In this document: piece after piece, positions 51,480-57,812 of the stretch
How positions within the stretch are numbered: position 1 is the first letter of the stretch
Layout of the letters: each line of letters opens with the position of its first letter
Assembly: GCA_947503765.1 (NCBI GenBank)
Contig: CANNFA010000007.1
Span: 98,614 to 162,613 of the forward strand
Direction: 5' to 3'
From: an uncultured Rhodobacteraceae bacterium
Lineage (GTDB): Bacteria > Pseudomonadota > Alphaproteobacteria > Rhodobacterales > Rhodobacteraceae
Length of the DNA: 64,000 bases
The notes under the pieces: generated by a model
What the model saw: the letters and a program-made list of their open reading frames with translations, nothing else
Database searches by the model: none
Told to the model about the DNA's origin: nothing
Made by a program: the position numbers and the translations under genes

Positions 51480-51526
51480 TGCCCATTTATTGGGCAATTT
51501 CCAAATCGCTGCGCAAATCTTGTGCA
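51480..51526 (+). promoter_or_regulatory. Tandem NtrC-like binding sites
   Basis: TGCCCA-TTTAT-TGGGCA (51480-51496) and TGCGCA-AATCT-TGTGCA (51510-51526), 30 bp apart, upstream of glnK. Confidence 0.75.
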
Positions 51527-51638
51527 TCAGCACCGATTCGAAGCCCCCGGGTTCAGCACCTCAGCTTTACGCCGCACCGCAGAGATTTCTACGCTGCAGT
51601 TGCAACTATCACAGTGCGGGAATCCGAAAGGCGAAAAT

Positions 51639-51977
51639 GTGAAACTCATAACAGCAACAATAAAGCCGTTCAGGCTCGACGCGGTGCGCGAAGCGCTCAC
51701 CGATGTCGGGGTGCGCGGCATGATGGTCAATGAAATAAAGGGCTTTGGCGCGCAATCCGGCCACGCCGAAATCTACCGCGGCGCCGAGTACACGGTCAAT
51801 TTCGTTCCGAAGCTCAAGCTTGAAATTGCCGTCGCTGCGTCGATGGCCGACCAGGTGGTCGAGGCCATCAGCCATACCGCCCGGACCGGTCGGATCGGGG
51901 ACGGAAAAATTTTCGTACAGGACATTGAACAAACCGTTCGCATACGCACCGGCGAAACCGACGCAGATGCATTGTGA
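51639..51977 (+). CDS. glnK: P-II nitrogen regulatory protein
   Basis: 112 aa; KPFRLDAVREAL, EIYRGAEY and GRIGDGKIFV. Directly upstream of amtB. Confidence 0.93.
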   Translation: MKLITATIKPFRLDAVREALTDVGVRGMMVNEIKGFGAQSGHAEIYRGAEYTVNFVPKLKLEIAVAASMADQVVEAISHTARTGRIGDGKIFVQDIEQTVRIRTGETDADAL

Positions 51978-51999
51978 CGCGCAAGACAAGGAGAATGAC

Positions 52000-53322
52000 A
52001 TGTCAAACTACATTAGGCTGGGCGCCGTCGCAGCACTGATCGCACTGCCTCAACTCGGGGCCGCGCAAGAGACCGACACGACACCGCTCAATGCCGAAAT
52101 CGGCTTCATCTTCACGACCTTCATGTTTCTCGTGTCGGGCTTTCTGGTCTTCTTCATGGCCGCGGGGTTCGCCATGCTGGAAGCGGGGTTGGTGCGGGGC
52201 AAGAACGTTGCGATGCAGCTGACAAAGAACGTGGCGCTCTTTTCGCTCGCATCACTCTTTTACTATGTCCTGGGCTACAACCTGATGTACCCTGGGGACG
52301 CTTGGACGATTTCCGGTATCCTCGGTGCGTTTTCCGTTACCGGGCTGGAACCTGTGGGTCTTGAGGGCGGGGACCCCGACCTCACCTACGCGTCGGTCGG
52401 CTCGGACTTCTTCTTTCAGCTGATGTTCTGTGCGGCGACGGCATCCATCGTCTCCGGTGCGCTGGCTGAGCGGATCAAGCTTTGGCCTTTCCTGCTGTTC
52501 GTGGTGCTACTGACGGCGGTGATCTACCCGATACAAGCGAGCTGGAAATGGGGCGGGGGATTTCTGGACGCAATGGGCTTTCAGGATTTCGCGGGTTCGA
52601 CCGTGGTGCATTCGGTGGGCGGCTGGGCTGCGTTGACCGGAGCGATCATTCTGGGGCCGCGACTGGGCAAGTACAAGAATGGCAAGGTCAACCCATTCCC
52701 GGGGTCCAATCTGGCGCTGGCAACGCTGGGCATGTTCATTCTTTGGCTGGGCTGGTTCGGTTTCAACGGCGGCTCGCAACTATATATGGATACCGCAGGC
52801 AACGTGGCCGATATCAGCCGCATCTTCTCGAACACCAATATTGCCGCGGCGGCCGGCGTGATGGTCGCGCTTGTCCTTACGCAGTTGATGTACGGGAAGC
52901 CCGATCTCACCATGATCCTGAACGGTGCGCTTGCAGGCCTGGTGTCGATCACTGCCGAGCCGCTGACCCCCACCTTGGTTGAGGCGACGTTCATTGGTGG
53001 CATTGGGGGTGCGATCGTGGTCTTTGCGGTGCCGATGCTCGACAAATTGCAAATCGACGACGTCGTCGGCGCTATCCCGGTGCATCTGTTCGCAGGTATC
53101 TGGGGCACGATAGCTGTAGCCTTCACCAACGACGCGGCGAATGTGCTCACACAATTCTATGCGATCATGATCGTCGGTGCTTTTGTTTGCGCAACATCAG
53201 CCCTGGCCTGGATGGTTCTGAGACTGACCATAGGTTTGAGGGTCGAAGAAGAAACCGAAATCATCGGCCTTGATATTGCTGAGCTGGGGATGGAAGCCTA
53301 TCCGGAATTCAATCCTGTATGA
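52000..53322 (+). CDS. amtB: Ammonium transporter
   Basis: GFAMLEAG, DFAGSTVVHSVGG, WLGWFGFNGGS and DDVVGAIPVH. Confidence 0.96.
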   Translation: MSNYIRLGAVAALIALPQLGAAQETDTTPLNAEIGFIFTTFMFLVSGFLVFFMAAGFAMLEAGLVRGKNVAMQLTKNVALFSLASLFYYVLGYNLMYPGDAWTISGILGAFSVTGLEPVGLEGGDPDLTYASVGSDFFFQLMFCAATASIVSGALAERIKLWPFLLFVVLLTAVIYPIQASWKWGGGFLDAMGFQDFAGSTVVHSVGGWAALTGAIILGPRLGKYKNGKVNPFPGSNLALATLGMFILWLGWFGFNGGSQLYMDTAGNVADISRIFSNTNIAAAAGVMVALVLTQLMYGKPDLTMILNGALAGLVSITAEPLTPTLVEATFIGGIGGAIVVFAVPMLDKLQIDDVVGAIPVHLFAGIWGTIAVAFTNDAANVLTQFYAIMIVGAFVCATSALAWMVLRLTIGLRVEEETEIIGLDIAELGMEAYPEFNPV

Positions 53323-53380
53323 ATATTGACAGAACCCGTTGCCTGAGGTCTTCGGCGACGATCGCCGGAGGCCAAATCTG

Positions 53381-53645
53381 GGCGCCGTCAGCCGGATGAG
53401 AACCCATCTCACCAAGGACAGTGACGCTGGCCCTTATGCGGCGCAGAGGCCGCGCCACTCTGCGAGGGCGGTGGCGCGGTTAGCCTTGAATTTGGGACGG
53501 GAAGAGAGGCTGCGTTCCTGATCGAAATGGTTGCTGACGGAGGCGTGAACGGCGGCGAATTTCTGCAAACTTCGTATCCGCCGGAAGCACGACATCGCCC
53601 GTTCACGCCTTCGAAAAGGCTGATGCGAATTCTCCGCAGCGCGAT
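53381..53645 (-). mobile_element. IS6-family remnant (transposase C-terminus plus one terminal IR)
   Basis: AENSHQPFRRRERAM...QKFAAVHASVSNHF...ALAEWR*, followed by an IR-like end GGCGCCGTCAG. Confidence 0.7.
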
Positions 53646-53656
53646 CGGCCGAATGA

Positions 53657-54421
53657 TCACAGGCGTGCCGGTTTCCGGGCTGGCTGCACGGGCGATTCTG
53701 ATGCCTGGCCCGACTGTCGGGGGGCGGCGCCGAGCCGATCCAGCCTGCAAAGCAGGTTCCTGACGCTGGACACATGCCATTTTCCGCCGCGCCGTGTGAG
53801 GATGCCGCGCCGGTTCAGTTCGGCGGCCATGGCGCGCAACGTTTCGTGGCCTTGCGCCCGGATATCCAGGAAGACCTCCGCCAGGTCGGCGGCGTGGGCA
53901 TCGGCATTTCCCGTGACGACCGCGCGCAGCGCCGCACCGCCCTTGCCCGCGCGCCGAAGCGCTGCCGCGCCGTTGGGATTGCCGAGTGTTACGCCACGCG
54001 CCTTCGCAGCGGCCAGCGCTTCCCTGGAGCGCCGCGAGATCGCCTCGCGCTCCTGCTGGGCCACCAGCGCCATGATGCCGACGGTCAGGTCGTTGGCCTC
54101 GGGCATGTCCACCGCCAGGAAGCGCACCCCGCTGTCGCGCAAGGTCAACAGGAACACCGCGTTGCGGCTGAGCCGGTCGAGCTTGGCGATCACCAGCGTG
54201 GCGCCGGTGAGCCTTGCCAGATGCAGCGCCCTGGCAAGATCGGGTCGGGAATCCCTGCCGCCGCTTTCGACTTCCGTGAACCGGCCGATGACAACCGCGC
54301 CGCGCGATGCCGCGAATTCATCGATCGCCCGGCGCTGCGCCTCCAGACCGAGCCCCGAGCGCCCCTGCCGCAGGGTCGAGACCCGCTCATAGGCAACGAA
54401 TTTCGGGGCGGCATGAGGCAT
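53657..54421 (-). CDS. Serine recombinase (resolvase family with a C-terminal recombinase-type DNA-binding domain)
   Basis: VAYERVST (catalytic Ser), ESG, AKLDRLSRN and EREAISRR. Confidence 0.9.
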   Translation of the reverse strand: MPHAAPKFVAYERVSTLRQGRSGLGLEAQRRAIDEFAASRGAVVIGRFTEVESGGRDSRPDLARALHLARLTGATLVIAKLDRLSRNAVFLLTLRDSGVRFLAVDMPEANDLTVGIMALVAQQEREAISRRSREALAAAKARGVTLGNPNGAAALRRAGKGGAALRAVVTGNADAHAADLAEVFLDIRAQGHETLRAMAAELNRRGILTRRGGKWHVSSVRNLLCRLDRLGAAPRQSGQASESPVQPARKPARL

Positions 54422-54484
54422 GTACAAACCTGCGCAACGTGGGTTTGGCAGATATGTACGCTGGGCGGCGCGGGATTGGAACGC

Positions 54485-55027
54485 TCAAAGAGAGCCATCC
54501 GGCTTATAATATATTGTTTCTGCTTTATTTTCTATCTCCGCGGCTTTCCCTCTGGACAAGTCCAGCGGCCGTTCGCAGCGCTTGCCCTCCGCGTCGGTGT
54601 AGACGGTCACGAACTCGATCTTCGTCACCCGATCCGCCGGATTGTCCAGCCCGATGTCCAGGCGCGCGCGGGCGACCGGTGTCAGTCCCAGCTCGCCCAT
54701 GTACCGCGACATCAGCTCCATCTGCTTGTTGGCGACCGAGAGCCAGGGCGACTGCTGCACGTAGCCGCTGGGCGCCTTGAGAAGCATCGGCGTGGCGGCG
54801 AGCTTCTCCTCCGCCTCCACCCAGCGGCTGTAGGCCTGGCAATAGACCGCGAGCGCCGTGCGATCGGCCACCGTCAGAACCCCCACGGAATGCAGGACGG
54901 AGGCCAGGCGGCGCCATTCCCTGCGGGCAGTTGCATTCAGATGCGCCGGACAGCGCGGCAGGGCGCCGAGCGCCCGGCTGCCATGATCGACGATCCTGGG
55001 CATCGGCTTACGGCCGCGCCTGCTCAT
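54485..55027 (-). CDS. P27-family terminase small subunit, copy 2 (C-terminally extended)
   Basis: RGRKP, AHLNATARREW, DRTALAVYCQAYSRW, QQSPW and ELGLTPVARARL. Confidence 0.85.
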   Translation of the reverse strand: MSRRGRKPMPRIVDHGSRALGALPRCPAHLNATARREWRRLASVLHSVGVLTVADRTALAVYCQAYSRWVEAEEKLAATPMLLKAPSGYVQQSPWLSVANKQMELMSRYMGELGLTPVARARLDIGLDNPADRVTKIEFVTVYTDAEGKRCERPLDLSRGKAAEIENKAETIYYKPDGSL

Positions 55028-55518
55028 CGCTCATACCACTCGTCCAGTTCAGCGAACGGGTTCGGTCCGGCATCGCTCATTCCGGCCACCCGGGTCCGCG
55101 CCGAAGGCGTCAGCCCGAACTCGGCCGCATAGCGCACCATGTCGGCCATCGCCTTGTTCGCCGCCCCGACCAGCGGGTTCTGGATCAGGTTGCCGCTCTT
55201 CGTCTTGACAATCAGACCGTCGGTGACCGTATCCCGTGCGGCCATGCGCGCCAGCGCCGTCTCGGCAGCCGCCCAGCGGCCGTAGGCCTGGCAATAGGCC
55301 GCCAGCGCCCCGCGATCGAGATCGGTCAGGATGCCCAGGGCCACCAGGTCGACGACAACCCGGTCCCATTCCTGCCGCGCGGCATCGGTCAGATGCTCGG
55401 GCGGGTCGGGTTTGGCCGCATCCGGCGCCGGCTCATGCGGGTTGATCCGGTGGGCGCGCGCCGTTCCGGTCAGCAGCTTGAGTTTGGTGGGTTTCGGCTT
55501 CGGCCCGCGCGGCGCCAT
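55024..55518 (-). CDS. P27-family terminase small subunit, copy 1
   Basis: RGPKPKPT, PPEHLTDAARQEW, DRGALAAYCQAYGRW, IQNP and EFGLTPSARTR. Strong RBS AGAAAGGAG. Confidence 0.9.
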   Translation of the reverse strand: MAPRGPKPKPTKLKLLTGTARAHRINPHEPAPDAAKPDPPEHLTDAARQEWDRVVVDLVALGILTDLDRGALAAYCQAYGRWAAAETALARMAARDTVTDGLIVKTKSGNLIQNPLVGAANKAMADMVRYAAEFGLTPSARTRVAGMSDAGPNPFAELDEWYER

Positions 55519-55544
55519 GTCAGCTCTCCTTTCTGCGGTTCAAA

Positions 55545-55645
55545 TCGTTCGACCCCCGGTCGGAATCATGGCCGCGTGAAAATCTGGCTCCCCACGCCGG
55601 TCCCGTGGCCCCCGTCTGGGAAGAATCAGCGTGCCCCCCGGGGGT
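55545..55645 (-). other. Candidate cos / packaging site
   Basis: Non-coding G-run-flanked block GGGGGGCAC...GGGACCGGCGTGGGGAGCC...TTTTCACGCG...CCGGGGGTC immediately upstream of terS, the usual position in HK97-like cos phages. Confidence 0.6.
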
Positions 55646-55800
55646 GGCGGCACCGCGCAGTCCGGTCAAGGTCCGCCGTGCCGTGTCGGGGTTGCTAACG
55701 TGACTGCCCGACTGAAACCGGGCCGCATGGGCGGAGATAGCCCGCGCGCGGCCAGCGCAACGGGCGACGGGCAAGATGGAGCCCGCCGCCTGCATCCTCA

Positions 55801-57024
55801 TCAGGTGCCGACGCGCAGCAGCTTGATCGCTTCGGAGTTGAACACCGCGCCACCAACGCGCTTGGTCGTATAAAACCGCACGTTCGGTTTGTCGGTGAAC
55901 GGATCGCGCAACATGCGCAGCCCGGTCCGGTCAACGATGATGTAACCACTCGCGAAGTCCCCGAAGGCGATGGGCGTCGTGCCCGCGCCCACGTCCGGCA
56001 TTTCCTCGTCCAGTGCCACCGGGAAGCCCAGCAGGCGCGGCGGTTCACCGGCGGCGATGCTGTCAGCCCAGAGAAAACGGCCATCCGTGTCCTTGAATTT
56101 GCGGGCAATGGCGGCGGTCTTGCGGTTCATGATCCACGACGCTCCGGCACGATACTCGGGCTTGAGCGTGTAGGTCAGATCAATCAGCGCGTCAGCCGGG
56201 CTGACCGATGTCGTCGGCGCCAGAAAGCCGTCAGCCTTGCCGGTCGGCGTGGTCTGAATCGTTCCCCACGCCCGCGCGTCGTCGTCGGTGTCGGCGGTAT
56301 CATATTGCAGGATGCCGCGCGGCTTGTTCACACCATCACCGTTGATGAATGCCGCGCCTTCCTTACGCGCGAACCGCTGCGAGATATGCCCCGTCAGCCA
56401 CGTTGCCAGGTCGAAGGTGGAATCGTCCAGCAGGCGTTGCGTGATCTTCGGCATGGCCGAAATCTCGTGAACCGGCACGCTCAGTTTGTGCAGCGTCGGG
56501 GAAACCGTGTCGCCCCGCGCCTCGCGTTCCGCCACCCATTCGGCCCCGCCTTCGCCTGTGTCCGCGATCTCTTCGAACACGTCCGTTGCGATGACCTCGG
56601 TCCGCGCCAACTGGCGCATGGGCGAGATTGCGTGAAGCCGCTCGGTCATCACCGGCGAAAGATACGGGACCACTGTAAACCCGCCGTCCGGCGCGCTGTC
56701 GGTGCTCAAGCCCGCATTGATGCCAGTTTGCAGCGATGCGAGGGGGGCCTCGTCACCGTCGCGGATCAACCGGCGCAGGGCGCTGTTCACCTCGGTCCGG
56801 TCGCGCTCAGACGCGCCGCCCGATGCCGGGCCGGCCCCGCCGACGCGCATCCCCGCAAGAGTCTGATTGACCTCATCAAGCCCGGCCTGCAATTCGCGCA
56901 CCTGACCGTGGTGGTTCTGTTTGAATTCGCTGAAGGCGGTAGTCATTTCGTTCAGGATTTGAGCAGGATTGCCCGAGGCGTTCGCACGCACGGCCAGAAT
57001 CCCGCGGAACTGTTCATGTTTCAT
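55801..57024 (-). CDS. HK97-fold major capsid protein with an N-terminal delta-like domain
   Basis: DGGFTVVP, MRQLA, KITQRLLDDSTFD, AFINGDG...PRGIL, FGDF and RVGG. ATG 57024 is preferred on RBS spacing. Confidence 0.93.
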   Translation of the reverse strand: MKHEQFRGILAVRANASGNPAQILNEMTTAFSEFKQNHHGQVRELQAGLDEVNQTLAGMRVGGAGPASGGASERDRTEVNSALRRLIRDGDEAPLASLQTGINAGLSTDSAPDGGFTVVPYLSPVMTERLHAISPMRQLARTEVIATDVFEEIADTGEGGAEWVAEREARGDTVSPTLHKLSVPVHEISAMPKITQRLLDDSTFDLATWLTGHISQRFARKEGAAFINGDGVNKPRGILQYDTADTDDDARAWGTIQTTPTGKADGFLAPTTSVSPADALIDLTYTLKPEYRAGASWIMNRKTAAIARKFKDTDGRFLWADSIAAGEPPRLLGFPVALDEEMPDVGAGTTPIAFGDFASGYIIVDRTGLRMLRDPFTDKPNVRFYTTKRVGGAVFNSEAIKLLRVGT

Positions 57025-57244
57025 CTGAAACACCTTTCATGTTGCCCCAAAGGGCGTTTGTTTTTCGGGGAATTCCGCCGCTACGGCAGGCGGTTCGCGC
57101 GGGCCTTGTGCTGTTCTGCATCGGCATTGCGGATACTTCACGCGCCGCCGGGCAGTGCATCGAGCCGGGCCTTGCCAGTGGTGCAGCGTCGTGCGTGCCC
57201 CGCGTGGCAGGACCAAAGCGCAGCGCATGGCAATGCACCTTGAT

Positions 57245-57279
57245 GGTATCATAATACCTCATTGAATCGGCCGCTGCAA
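57245..57279 (-). promoter_or_regulatory. Sigma70-type promoter for the capsid/terS operon, with an overlapping palindrome
   Basis: TTGCAG-17nt-TATTAT, with GGTAT-N4-ATACC (57245-57258) covering the -10 element. Confidence 0.6.
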
Positions 57280-57498
57280 GGGCGCCTCTGCGCGCTCGAT
57301 CACGTCCGCCAGGTCGCGCAGCCATTCCGCCGCGCTCGTCGGGCCTTTGTTGCAGGCGGCGATGGTGGCCCCGGTCATGACGAAAGCGGTGGCGATGTCG
57401 GCCTCGGGCAGAGCGCCACCTTGGCGCAGCCCGCCAGCGGTTTCCATCAGGCGCGCGGCGAGATAATTGCGCAGTTGTTCGTTGGTGGTGTCGGTCAT
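57259..57498 (-). CDS. Hypothetical protein (79 aa)
   Basis: MTDTTNEQL..., ATGA-coupled, with RBS AAGGA. Confidence 0.7.
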   Translation of the reverse strand: MTDTTNEQLRNYLAARLMETAGGLRQGGALPEADIATAFVMTGATIAACNKGPTSAAEWLRDLADVIERAEAPLQRPIQ

Positions 57499-57812
57499 GT
57501 CAGGTTCCTTTCGTGGTGGTGGTTTCGAGCCATCGCGGCGGCGGCGTCCCATACCGCCTCAATTGCCTCAGGCGTGCGTGCTACCCCGTCCGGGTCGGCC
57601 AGGGCGGCGGCGCGTTCTTCGTAAAGGTCGCGGGTCAGGCCCTCGGGTGAGATTTCAAAAACAGGAACCCACCCCGTTCCTAATCTTCCGAATGCTCCTA
57701 ATCCTGCCCCGCGCGCATCGCATGGATTAGGACGAATAGGACGATTAGGATGGTCCCGCAGTTTTCGCGCAGCTTCCAATGCCGCCTTTGCGTCGAAGCT
57801 AAAGCCGGTCAT
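57495..57812 (-). CDS. Hypothetical protein overlapping the candidate origin
   Basis: ATGA-coupled to the primase. Its tripeptide repeats (PNR/PIR/PNP, LGA/FGR/LGT) are the translation of the iterons. Confidence 0.55.
   Translation of the reverse strand: MTGFSFDAKAALEAARKLRDHPNRPIRPNPCDARGAGLGAFGRLGTGWVPVFEISPEGLTRDLYEERAAALADPDGVARTPEAIEAVWDAAAAMARNHHHERNLT
57677..57751. repeat. Inverted arrays of 9-bp iterons (candidate replication origin)
   Basis: TTCCTAATC TTCCGAATG CTCCTAATC - 21 nt - GATTAGGAC GAATAGGAC GATTAGGAT. Confidence 0.75.

Noticed and set aside
51530-51638. Sigma54 promoter for glnK
   Set aside because: No TGGCAC-N5-TTGC motif is present.
57037-57254. 71-aa ORFs in the capsid leader (both strands)
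   Set aside because: They have no RBS or coupling and an atypical composition. The minus-strand ORF starts within the predicted -10 element.
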